A stretch of 36,102 bases of DNA, from the IMG/VR virus record IMGVR_UViG_3300032291_002057, positions 78,305-114,406 of that record, one strand, 5' to 3'. The stretch comes from a virus (Duplodnaviria; Heunggongvirae; Uroviricota; Caudoviricetes). The notes beneath the pieces were generated by a model. It was given only the letters and a program-made list of their open reading frames with translations. It did not search any database and had not been told where the DNA came from. The translations under genes and the position numbers were made by a program. Of this stretch, positions 25,078 through 33,742 are shown in pieces (position 1 is the stretch's first letter; the number at the start of each line of letters is the position of its first letter).

Positions 25078-25734
25078 TTATACGTTAAATTTATGTTGGT
25101 GATGTTCTCTATGTCGCCACGTTAATGGCTGAGTTGGCATAATCTCAGGAATGTTTCTAGCCTCACCATATAGATGACCACGAACATTAATTAATCCACT
25201 AAAGTGTAGTGTTGCAACTACTGTAGGACTGATAATAAAAATTACAATCAGTGGATTGATATACCAGAATAAAGCCAGTGACAATAACTGTAACTTAGTC
25301 CAATGTCTATGCATAAACATTTGGAAGTCACTCTTAATATAGTCTTTAATGTAACTAGGATTTAGTGGACCTACTTTCCAAAGTAAGAACCATACACGCC
25401 AGTTGCCTATGTATTTAGGACTATGAGGATCTAGTTCTGTGTCTACATGACGGTGATGCATACGATGCACATAAGCAAAGCCTAGTGGACTTCCTGAACC
25501 ACCTGCAATACATGTAAAAATTGTTGCAAAGATTTCTATCGGACCATCTTTATAAGATTTATGAGCCATTCGCAAGTGAACCAAATCACTGTTGATTAAA
25601 ATGTTGTACAAAATTGTATAGAGTAAGATTGCCAATGCAATATAGATATTAAATCCGTATACAATTATTCCGTACAATAATACTAGGTGATGCACGCCAA
25701 TCATAGCCAAGTTATGGTGTTTAAATATATTCAT
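25078..25734 (-). CDS. Membrane fatty-acid desaturase-like protein 1
   Basis: His boxes HLRMAH, HRMHH, HREHH; D...DPHSP; TM segments. Confidence 0.85.
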   Translation of the reverse strand: MNIFKHHNLAMIGVHHLVLLYGIIVYGFNIYIALAILLYTILYNILINSDLVHLRMAHKSYKDGPIEIFATIFTCIAGGSGSPLGFAYVHRMHHRHVDTELDPHSPKYIGNWRVWFLLWKVGPLNPSYIKDYIKSDFQMFMHRHWTKLQLLSLALFWYINPLIVIFIISPTVVATLHFSGLINVRGHLYGEARNIPEIMPTQPLTWRHREHHQHKFNV

Positions 25735-26465
25735 AGTAATCTCAAATCGTCTTGTCCATTAGTATCAACAATTAAATGCAATCTAGGCACATCACTGTTA
25801 TTGCTTACCCAATGCACCATACCACTGTTAAAAAAGTAAACACTTCCGTCTGCTGGCATCGTATATGATATATTTCCATCTTTGGTTTGCCCACCAAATA
25901 CAACTTGGTCATTTGTAAAGACTGGAATATGATATCTAGTAATATAGCTAGGATCATAATCAACGTGCGGCTTAATTGTAAATCCTGGCATGATTACTGC
26001 TAATCTAACTCTAGTAACTTGGCTCGTAAACATGTCTAGTATTTCTTCAAAGATACCTTTCACATGTTGATTCCTATGAGTATAGTTATGTTCATCAGCT
26101 TCTGGAATATAATCTTTACTAGTTGGATCTAATCTACGTGTTCTAATAAATATAGAACTATGTGTTTCGTCTAATCTATCCTCTGTATTAATCTTTAAAT
26201 CAGGATTAATGTCGGTAAGATAAAGTTGTTTGTATTTTTCACCCTCACGTGAGGCTGCATCTTCTTCTAAAAAGAAGGTATCCTTACAGAACGTGTTTGC
26301 TACTAAAAACGACTTGTGCTTGCTGTCAGCACTATACTTAATATCATTGAATTCATCGTAATTAGTATATCCGTTGTCCACACAATATTGCTTAAGCCGT
26401 TCAATATCAACGGACTTTTCAATTTTTCCGTAAGCAGGTAATTCTTTGCGTGTTAGCCGATTCAT
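25731..26465 (-). CDS. Aspartyl/asparaginyl beta-hydroxylase-family 2OG oxygenase (start revised to MNRL)
   Basis: RVRLA...PG..I.PHVD, RYHIP..TN, H...N.....RLHLIVD. Confidence 0.85.
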   Translation of the reverse strand: MNRLTRKELPAYGKIEKSVDIERLKQYCVDNGYTNYDEFNDIKYSADSKHKSFLVANTFCKDTFFLEEDAASREGEKYKQLYLTDINPDLKINTEDRLDETHSSIFIRTRRLDPTSKDYIPEADEHNYTHRNQHVKGIFEEILDMFTSQVTRVRLAVIMPGFTIKPHVDYDPSYITRYHIPVFTNDQVVFGGQTKDGNISYTMPADGSVYFFNSGMVHWVSNNSDVPRLHLIVDTNGQDDLRLL

Positions 26466-26480
26466 ATAAATACTATTTAT
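26465..26480. promoter_or_regulatory. Back-to-back overlapping late promoter pair
   Basis: ATAAATA-c-TATTTAT perfect inverted repeat in the 16-bp gap between divergent ATGs. Confidence 0.65.
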
Positions 26481-26481
26481 C

Positions 26482-27288
26482 ATGCATATATCTCACAAAA
26501 GTATTAATTGGCTATTCATATTTCAGATAGTTACCCACCTATCTGTTATTCCTATGCTCATTTACGGTGAACTACATCACTATCTAATAGCCTGGTTAGT
26601 TTTCTTTTTTACCGGATCTATTGGAATGAGTGGAACTTTTCATAGACTATTAAGCCATCGTAGCTATTTAGCACCTAAATGGTGGGAATATTTTGGAACT
26701 ACCTGCGGCACACTAGGCGGTACAGGATCTAGTATAGGATGGTGTGCTGTACATCGTGAACATCATAGATTTACTGATACAGAACGTGATCCACATAGTC
26801 CAAGTTTTCAACCTTGGTGGAAAATTCAATTTCTTAGTATGTTTCATGTGCCGCATGTACGATATGTACCTGATTTACTACGTAGTAAATTTCATGTTAA
26901 TATGCACAAGTACTACTGGTATATACATGCAATATATGCTGTAATATTATATTTGATTGATCCTTTTGCTTTAGTATATGCTTGGCTTGTTCCTAGCTTT
27001 ATATTATGGCATGCAGGAAGTGCTATCAATACATTAAGCCATACATTAGGCTGGCAAGATCATCCATCTAAGGACACTAGCACCAATCATTGGTTAACCG
27101 GCATCTTTATGTGGGGTGAAGGCTGGCATAATAACCATCATCATAGTCCAATGAATTGGAAGTTTGGTGAGAAATGGTGGCAGATTGATGTTACTGCATA
27201 TGTTATTAGATTACTTGGGTTCAAAGGAACGGCTTCCCTCAAAACGGTTCCAGTAAGTAAATCCGGGAAAGTCAGTGGGGATATCTAA
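26482..27288 (+). CDS. Membrane fatty-acid desaturase-like protein 2 (delta-9/DesC/OLE1-like)
   Basis: HRLLSH, HREHH.FTDTE.DPHSP, GEGWHNNHH, Q.D.T. Confidence 0.92.
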   Translation: MHISHKSINWLFIFQIVTHLSVIPMLIYGELHHYLIAWLVFFFTGSIGMSGTFHRLLSHRSYLAPKWWEYFGTTCGTLGGTGSSIGWCAVHREHHRFTDTERDPHSPSFQPWWKIQFLSMFHVPHVRYVPDLLRSKFHVNMHKYYWYIHAIYAVILYLIDPFALVYAWLVPSFILWHAGSAINTLSHTLGWQDHPSKDTSTNHWLTGIFMWGEGWHNNHHHSPMNWKFGEKWWQIDVTAYVIRLLGFKGTASLKTVPVSKSGKVSGDI

Positions 27289-27864
27289 GTATCCATCAAA
27301 GTCGTGAAAGTAAAAGAAACGCCATTTGCTTGACGGTCCCGCATGATACGGATCATTTACAAATGTAAAATAGAATTTGTTATCTTCCGGGAATTCAGCT
27401 ATGCGAGTGCTGTCTAAAACAAAGTGATCTTGACTTTCTACTCTATCTGTATCATATGAAAAACAAACTGTAAAGGTTTGGGGGCAATCATGTTTATGAT
27501 TCATTATTTCCATACCAGGAGCTTGAATCATTAAAAATGAAGCTATAGGTTTCTTTTCTAACTTATCTAACATACTAGTAACTTCTTGCCATTGCTTTGC
27601 AATTGCCAATCTAAATTCCATTGGCACAAAGTTACATTCATTTTCTAATGCTCTACGTAAATGTAGAAGTGTAATTGTTTGTTTCAACGATACTGGTCGT
27701 AAGTATTTTTCATCAAGTACATACTCAAGTTTACTATCAATATGTGTTAATGGAAGCGTATCATAAAACGCAAGGTCCATAGTTTTAAATTCGTGATTAA
27801 TAATATCATACCGCAATTTACCTAATTTGTAAAAGTCACTATTTTTAAAATTTGAAAAATTCAT
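27211..27864 (-). CDS. Putative cupin/DSBH metalloenzyme, paralog A
   Basis: HKH..Q + distal H (NDPYH); clear paralog of 30811..31509. Confidence 0.55.
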   Translation of the reverse strand: MNFSNFKNSDFYKLGKLRYDIINHEFKTMDLAFYDTLPLTHIDSKLEYVLDEKYLRPVSLKQTITLLHLRRALENECNFVPMEFRLAIAKQWQEVTSMLDKLEKKPIASFLMIQAPGMEIMNHKHDCPQTFTVCFSYDTDRVESQDHFVLDSTRIAEFPEDNKFYFTFVNDPYHAGPSSKWRFFYFHDFDGYLDIPTDFPGFTYWNRFEGSRSFEPK

Positions 27865-28477
27865 GTATGTCCTCTCTTTTTAAGTCCAGCGTACAAACAT
27901 ATTGCTCAGTGTAAAATAATGTTTGTTTTCCTCGGAACTCAAAATTACTTATCAATGCACCACTATCAGGGAACTTAAAATTGTACCCACCTTTTTCCCA
28001 ACCTCTATCACGCCACCATCGATATAACCCATAACGATGGTCATCAAACGTGATGCTGAACGTGTCAAGACCCATATCATATGCTTGCTTTATGTGATAG
28101 GGAAAAATAGTTGCACTTGCTAAACCATTCTGATTCTTAAACAAGTCTGGGTTAGTTGTAATACGATGGCAGTAACTGTCTTTATCTGATACTAATAAAC
28201 CTGCATATACAATGACTTCATCATTCTCATCATACACAAAACTAAAGCTACCTTCTTTAAGTTTATGTTCAAAGCTATATCCTAAACCATTAGTAAAAGA
28301 GGGGTCAAGACTATAATTCGTAATCTTTTCTTTGTTTGCTTCTTTTACGTTCCGAGTAGGATGATTCCACCAGCTCTCCAATGACTTGATTACTTCCTTC
28401 GCTTCATTATACGGATAGTAATCAGTTTTTATATAATAGCCAGGTGTATTAGGACTGTAAATCTTTTCCATCATCAA
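27845..28477 (-). CDS. Hypothetical protein, possibly GNAT-like
   Basis: Alpha/beta pattern YCHRITTNP...I...AY.MG; part of an overlapping 5-gene operon. Confidence 0.45.
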   Translation of the reverse strand: MMMEKIYSPNTPGYYIKTDYYPYNEAKEVIKSLESWWNHPTRNVKEANKEKITNYSLDPSFTNGLGYSFEHKLKEGSFSFVYDENDEVIVYAGLLVSDKDSYCHRITTNPDLFKNQNGLASATIFPYHIKQAYDMGLDTFSITFDDHRYGLYRWWRDRGWEKGGYNFKFPDSGALISNFEFRGKQTLFYTEQYVCTLDLKREDIHEFFKF

Positions 28478-29279
28478 CTAAGAAGAAATGCTTTACCGTC
28501 CAACCAGCTAAATCAAATTCGTTGGGCTTAACTGCCATAGTATAACTATTTGGATACATATGATGATTGTTGTGCAATCCTTCACCGGTGTCCCAATAAT
28601 GAATCCATTGATTGTTAGTAGAGTAATCACCTTGGTCTCTTAAATCAAAATTACGATAAGAACCCCAGGTATTCAAGTGATACAAGTAGATGCGTAGTGT
28701 TCCATGAAACACATTCCACCCAATGTTACCAAACACAAAGAATACTAAAAATTGCCAACCAACAAAATATGAAATAATACTAGACAATACTAAGTATGCA
28801 ATCCAAATGCCGATATAGTTGTGATGATTAAACATCACTGTTTTGTCTCTTAACAAATCACGAGGAACTACTAATGTAGTTTTTTCTCTATAGTATTCTT
28901 CATTCTTAAAATGAAGTAAGAACATGTCCCATAGACTCAAATATTTTGGAGTATGAACATCTTTATCAGTATCAGGATGCTTATGATGGCTTCTATGTAC
29001 TGCTGTATGTCCTAAGATAGTTCCTTGAGCAACTAAAATGCTTGACCAGCACAATAACTGATGGCGAATAGGTCCTGTCTTAAACGAACGATGTGCAAAG
29101 TACCTATGTAATCCTATTTGATCTCCTATTAGTTCTACAATTTTGTAGCACAATAATGAATAGAGTATCCAGTAGTATTCACTGGTATATATTGCATACC
29201 CAAACATAAAGAAGAAACAAGGTAATGCAATTACCTTTAATAGGATTGTTATGTTATTCACTTTGTTTACGTTGTTCAA
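28449..29279 (-). CDS. Membrane fatty-acid desaturase-like protein 3
   Basis: GLHRYFAHRSF, HRSHH...DT..D.H.P, GEGLHNNHH.YP. Confidence 0.92.
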   Translation of the reverse strand: MNNVNKVNNITILLKVIALPCFFFMFGYAIYTSEYYWILYSLLCYKIVELIGDQIGLHRYFAHRSFKTGPIRHQLLCWSSILVAQGTILGHTAVHRSHHKHPDTDKDVHTPKYLSLWDMFLLHFKNEEYYREKTTLVVPRDLLRDKTVMFNHHNYIGIWIAYLVLSSIISYFVGWQFLVFFVFGNIGWNVFHGTLRIYLYHLNTWGSYRNFDLRDQGDYSTNNQWIHYWDTGEGLHNNHHMYPNSYTMAVKPNEFDLAGWTVKHFFLVDDGKDLQS

Positions 29280-30147
29280 TTAACATATGACGCAAACTCT
29301 TACTGTAGTCTACGGTCAAACGCCACATAAATCTATCACCTTGAACTTCGTTGCGTCTATGAATTGAATGGAACTGATCCATAAAAATCATATCGCCGTG
29401 TTGCCAACTATCATGGTGATAGATATATTTATCTTGGAACACATGATCATACAAGTACTGACGCAACCACGCTTCATCTAGTGATTCACCACTGCGGCGC
29501 CACATTTTATTAATGCTATGAAATGTAAAATACAATCCCTTTTCTTTACTGAACGGGTGTTGATACACTAGTGGCTTAACCAAGCCCTCTGGGTATAAGT
29601 TTGAATTTTCAAAGAACTCTAGTTCTTGGTCACCCTCATCTAAGTGATAGAATGTATTATTTTTGAACTTAAAGTTACAGTCAACATCATCTAACAACTC
29701 TTTAATGTCATCAGGCAAATCTTGGTATGCTTTGCGAGTGTCCGCAAAACTTGTAATGCTGTTTACGCCAGGACGAATACAATACAACATAACACAACAT
29801 TCACGACCTGTATCACGGTTGTTACCATTGCTGTGCCAATCTAAATCTTTATCAGCGAATAAACCAATCTTCTTGCCGTTTTCGTCACGTTGATTTGTAA
29901 CACGGCCTAATCCCTTATGCTTATCATCATTAAAGAACTTGTCACTCTGCATTGTTCTGCCAATTGCATGTGCTACTCTAACAATGTCATCACGGTCATC
30001 TAATTTTTGATTACGTAAAAGAACAACATTGTCTTCAATTAACACTTTACCAAACTCTCTAACCTGGTCAGTACTCATTGACTGCAAATCAAGGTCAAAG
30101 TATTCATAACCTACCCCCGGCAATGCCTTTTTATTGTACGTTGTCAT
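29254..30147 (-). CDS. TauD/TfdA-family 2OG dioxygenase
   Basis: WH.N..., T.FAD...AY..LP, PLV..HP, W..GD...MD....H.R. Confidence 0.85.
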   Translation of the reverse strand: MTTYNKKALPGVGYEYFDLDLQSMSTDQVREFGKVLIEDNVVLLRNQKLDDRDDIVRVAHAIGRTMQSDKFFNDDKHKGLGRVTNQRDENGKKIGLFADKDLDWHSNGNNRDTGRECCVMLYCIRPGVNSITSFADTRKAYQDLPDDIKELLDDVDCNFKFKNNTFYHLDEGDQELEFFENSNLYPEGLVKPLVYQHPFSKEKGLYFTFHSINKMWRRSGESLDEAWLRQYLYDHVFQDKYIYHHDSWQHGDMIFMDQFHSIHRRNEVQGDRFMWRLTVDYSKSLRHMLIEQRKQSE

Positions 30148-30355
30148 TTTTGGTTAGTCCCCATTTAATTTTTAACCATATACGTTCATGTATGTAATAA
30201 TCAATACTCAATAGTACATGTAATGCGGTAGCAAACCCTGCTGAATTTCCTAAATTACCTGTAAACAAGTAAGTCCAAAAGATTGTAAACAGCCATGCTG
30301 TTAATCTATAAGTCAGCATCCTTGCTACTGTGCGTTTTTTTGTTTCATTAGTCAT
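30131..30355 (-). CDS. DUF2061 membrane protein
   Basis: ET.KRT......YR...YY.HER.W..I.WG. Confidence 0.85.
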   Translation of the reverse strand: MTNETKKRTVARMLTYRLTAWLFTIFWTYLFTGNLGNSAGFATALHVLLSIDYYIHERIWLKIKWGLTKNDNVQ

Positions 30356-30359
30356 GCAG

Positions 30360-30366
30360 TATTTAT
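30360..30366 (-). promoter_or_regulatory. Late promoter box
   Basis: ATAAATA-4 nt-ATG at the head of the 30355-27211 operon. Confidence 0.6.
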
Positions 30367-30399
30367 TTCATAAATTATATGCATGTAATAAAATATGTT

Positions 30400-30475
30400 T
30401 GGTGGAGGATACAGGGATCGAACCTGCGACCTATTGCTTGCAAAGCAACCGCTCTCCCAACTGAGCTAATCCCCC
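30400..30475 (-). tRNA. trnA: tRNA-Ala(UGC)
   Basis: Loop TTTGCAA; G3:U70; CCA. Confidence 0.95.
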
Positions 30476-30485
30476 ACTAAAATTT

Positions 30486-30562
30486 TGGTGCCCCAGAGGA
30501 GACTCGAACTCCTAAAATTTGGCTTCTAAGACCAACACGTATACCAATTCCGTCACCGGGGC
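30486..30562 (-). tRNA. trnL: tRNA-Leu(UAG) with short variable loop
   Basis: Loop CTTAGAA; A73; variable region only 5 nt. Confidence 0.88.
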
Positions 30563-30572
30563 AATCTAACTG

Positions 30573-30646
30573 TGGAGCGGGGTAGGAGAATCGAACTCCT
30601 CGCTTTAGCTTGGAAGGCTAAGGTATTACCACTATACGAACCCCGC
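30573..30646 (-). tRNA. trnG: tRNA-Gly(UCC)
   Basis: Loop CTTCCAA; U73; CCA. Confidence 0.95.
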
Positions 30647-30654
30647 ATACTTAT

Positions 30655-30683
30655 ATTCTAACAACATCTTGTTTAAAAGTCAA
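30655..30683 (-). promoter_or_regulatory. sigma70 promoter for tRNA subcluster
   Basis: TTGACT-17-TAGAAT. Confidence 0.75.
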
Positions 30684-30719
30684 ATTGAATTTGACCAAAC
30701 TTATGTTAATACTATCTAT

Positions 30720-30809
30720 TGGTGGAAGCGGTGAGATTCGAACTCACGGAACACGTTAGCATTCGCTAGTTTTCAAGACTAGTTCCTTAAACCGCTCGGA
30801 CACGCTTCC
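30720..30809 (-). tRNA. trnS: tRNA-Ser(UGA)
   Basis: Loop CTTGAAA; long variable arm; A73 instead of the usual G73. Confidence 0.9.
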
Positions 30810-30810
30810 A

Positions 30811-31509
30811 TTATTTTAAATTATTACCATCCAAATATTCATTTTCCATGTAAGTGAACGGCAAATCAGTTGGTACGTCAAAATAGTCATCATAATCATT
30901 GAACCAAAAGAATATCCATTCACGTGAACGATTCTCATGGGGAGGATCATTTACCATTGTGAATATGAACCTATCATTATCCGGAAAATATGCTTTCTTT
31001 GATAAGTCATCACCTAATGCAAAATAGCTTGGTTCTGCTTCCGGTAAATTATCATCATTGTATCTATATGCCATCGTCAATGTTTGTTTACATTGATGCG
31101 TATGTTTATACACTGGTTGACCTGGTTCAGTAATCAACAACATTGAATGTGTTAATCTAATTGGCCTATCAGGGTGTGCTTCATTGTGTTCTTTGGTAAT
31201 CTTTTGATTGATATCAGTTACTTCTCTCCACTGCCTGATGATGTCTTCTTTAAATTCTTTTGGGATAAAATCGGGTTCATCAGGAGAAACTGGCTGTAAC
31301 TCTAATGCTCTTAACAAAGGCATTACTGTTACGTTGCCATGCGGAGGAGGAATATATTCTTCATACAATGTAGTTGTTGAACTTAATTGCGGTATAGGCA
31401 TAGTATCATACATTGGGAAAAACCACGGGATATACTTTTGATTTTTGTAATCAAATCGTGACCGACCTACCTTGTAGAAATAACTTTCTCTAAACGCTTT
31501 AAAATTCAT
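30811..31509 (-). CDS. Putative cupin/DSBH metalloenzyme, paralog B
   Basis: HTH..Q + NDPPH; paralog of 27211..27864. Confidence 0.55.
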   Translation of the reverse strand: MNFKAFRESYFYKVGRSRFDYKNQKYIPWFFPMYDTMPIPQLSSTTTLYEEYIPPPHGNVTVMPLLRALELQPVSPDEPDFIPKEFKEDIIRQWREVTDINQKITKEHNEAHPDRPIRLTHSMLLITEPGQPVYKHTHQCKQTLTMAYRYNDDNLPEAEPSYFALGDDLSKKAYFPDNDRFIFTMVNDPPHENRSREWIFFWFNDYDDYFDVPTDLPFTYMENEYLDGNNLK

Positions 31510-31514
31510 GCAAG

Positions 31515-31531
31515 TATTTATAATATAAATA
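31515..31531. promoter_or_regulatory. Divergent T4-type late promoters
   Basis: TATAAATA on - (31515-22, 5 nt before ATG 31509) and on + (31524-31). Confidence 0.7.
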
Positions 31532-31551
31532 TTAAGACAATATTTAAATTC

Positions 31552-33462
31552 ATGCCTAAAAAAATTGGACTGATAAACCTTCCATTACAAAATGATACGG
31601 CATTCTATCCGTTAATTTGGTTAATCATTAAAACTACAATAGAAAAAAAATCAAACAATAAATTTGATTTTTTGGATCCTATTATCATTAACGGAACAAC
31701 AGTAGATGATGATTATTATCGGTCTACTGATATTATGTTCTGTAGTTTTTACACTTGGAATAGATTATCTTCTGAAAAACTATTAGAAGATTATAAACGA
31801 ATTAATCCAAACGGTATAATTATAGTAGGTGGACCTCACATACTAGAAAACGACACTGAATTATTTGATTATGTTTGTACTGGGGAAGCAGAAACTTGCG
31901 CTCACTTAATTGTTGATAAAATCTCTGGAATGGATATCAAAAAGATACCTAACACTAAGAGTAAACATCTACATGTTTTCTATGAAGAAAAACTTCATGA
32001 TTTTAGTGTGAGTCCATTTCTCTTTCAGCGTGATACATTATTTGATTTTAAAAACAGACACCCAGAACTTAATTTGGGTGTAGTATTTGAAACGAATCGT
32101 GGGTGCCCATATGGTTGCACCTTCTGTGATTGGGGTCAAGCAACATTGTCAAAAATTCGTCAACGCCCGTTAGATTTAATCAAACAAGAAATTGAATTAT
32201 TCAGTGAACTAAAAATACCTAGCATGTTCTTAGCCGATGCAAACTTTGGTATACTTCCAAGAGATATTGAGATCGCAAAATATATGGCTGATACTAAACA
32301 AAGAACAGGCTTTATTAAAACTGTAATCTATAGTACAAGCAAAAACAATATGAATCGAAATATAGAAATCGGTGAGATATTCTATAATTCTGGATTGATC
32401 CAAAGCTATGTGTTCAGCCTACAACATACTGATAGTGAAGTCTTACAGGTTATTGATAGAGTAAATTTACCAACCAATAAGTTAAAAGCTACTACAGAAA
32501 TTTTCCTTCAAAAGAAGATTCCTACTTCTGTTCAAATGATTATAGGTAATCCAGGAGATACGCTTACAAAGTGGCGTAGAACTCTAATGGAGTTATTAGA
32601 AATCAATATACATGAACAGATACAAATATTATACTTTGCAATGTTGCCTGGAGCCCCTGCAAGCGATCCAGATTACATTAAAAAATACGATATAAAAACA
32701 TCAAAAATTAATTACTTTCCTAACTTAGGAAGTCAACGTGTACTTGATATGAGTGAATCAATCATCACTAGTACCAATACATTCACAATGGATGAATGGA
32801 TTGAGATGAATATATTCGGCAGATATTTACAAGCTATGCATGATTTAGGATTAACCAAAGTTTTGTCAATTTATTTACATAACAAAAACATTAAGTCATT
32901 TACTAATTTTTATAGTGATTTATTTAATCAACTACAAACTAATTTTCCTGAATTGTTTGATTCATTACGTGTTGCACTTAAAACATGGATCACTACAGAC
33001 AACTCATTATTGACTTGGAATCCAGATCAAATAAAAGAATCTATTGAAACAGAAAACAAACTATGCTTTCATTTTATCAAGCACAAACATAAATTTTATG
33101 CTAGTGTCCTTCAATCAATAAAAGATGTTGCAGATAAAAAAATTATTGATTTGTTTAACTGGCAACAAGATATCATTATTGACTTAGAGTATCATCCTGA
33201 TAAAGGTGTATTATACCAATCTAAGTATGACTGGCACACTTGGTATCAAAATAAAAACTGGCGTGCTAAAATAAAATTGCGTAAAGAATCGGCTAAGTAT
33301 GCTGATACTATCATTCGTAGTGAAAATAATTCAGTACCACAACCCTTTTCATTTCATAAATTTGCTGATAAACAAAGAGACAAAATGTATATACACCAAA
33401 TGATTGTTGGTTTATATCAACGGCGTAATAGACTATATCTTAAAGATTTAGTCATAACTTAA
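31552..33462 (+). CDS. Cobalamin-binding radical SAM protein (class B methyltransferase-like)
   Basis: N-terminal VGGPH...D....GEAE; ETNRGCPYGCTFCDW (CxxxCxxC); DANFG; SLQ; I.G.PG. Confidence 0.9.
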   Translation: MPKKIGLINLPLQNDTAFYPLIWLIIKTTIEKKSNNKFDFLDPIIINGTTVDDDYYRSTDIMFCSFYTWNRLSSEKLLEDYKRINPNGIIIVGGPHILENDTELFDYVCTGEAETCAHLIVDKISGMDIKKIPNTKSKHLHVFYEEKLHDFSVSPFLFQRDTLFDFKNRHPELNLGVVFETNRGCPYGCTFCDWGQATLSKIRQRPLDLIKQEIELFSELKIPSMFLADANFGILPRDIEIAKYMADTKQRTGFIKTVIYSTSKNNMNRNIEIGEIFYNSGLIQSYVFSLQHTDSEVLQVIDRVNLPTNKLKATTEIFLQKKIPTSVQMIIGNPGDTLTKWRRTLMELLEINIHEQIQILYFAMLPGAPASDPDYIKKYDIKTSKINYFPNLGSQRVLDMSESIITSTNTFTMDEWIEMNIFGRYLQAMHDLGLTKVLSIYLHNKNIKSFTNFYSDLFNQLQTNFPELFDSLRVALKTWITTDNSLLTWNPDQIKESIETENKLCFHFIKHKHKFYASVLQSIKDVADKKIIDLFNWQQDIIIDLEYHPDKGVLYQSKYDWHTWYQNKNWRAKIKLRKESAKYADTIIRSENNSVPQPFSFHKFADKQRDKMYIHQMIVGLYQRRNRLYLKDLVIT

Positions 33463-33466
33463 AAAC

Positions 33467-33543
33467 TGGTGCCTCCAACAGGACTCGAACCTGTAACCCA
33501 GCGATTATGAGTCGCTTGCTCTAACCAATTGAGCCATAGAGGC
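33467..33543 (-). tRNA. tRNA-Ile2/Met(CAU)
   Basis: Loop CTCATAA; anticodon stem GCGA/UCGC like E. coli Ile2; paired 1:72. Confidence 0.85.
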
Positions 33544-33553
33544 AAAAAAACTT

Positions 33554-33640
33554 TGGTGCCCGGAGCCGGAATCGAACCGGCACGCCTGTTAGAGCGAGAG
33601 ATTTTAAGTCTCTTGTGTCTACCTATTTCACCATCCGGGC
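33554..33640 (-). tRNA. trnL: tRNA-Leu(UAA)
   Basis: Loop CTTAAAA; long variable arm; CCA. Confidence 0.95.
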
Positions 33641-33664
33641 ATTACTTTTCAAACTTCAGATACT

Positions 33665-33693
33665 AGTATAACAAGTTTTGTGTTTGTTGTCAA
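33665..33693 (-). promoter_or_regulatory. sigma70 promoter for tRNA subcluster
   Basis: TTGACA(33688-93)-17-TATACT(33665-70). Confidence 0.88.
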
Positions 33694-33730
33694 CTAATTT
33701 CTATCTTTTAACCACTAAAATAACCCAATC

Positions 33731-33737
33731 ATAAATA
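33731..33737 (+). promoter_or_regulatory. Late promoter box
   Basis: ATAAATA-5 nt-ATG(33743). Confidence 0.6.
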
Positions 33738-33742
33738 TGATT

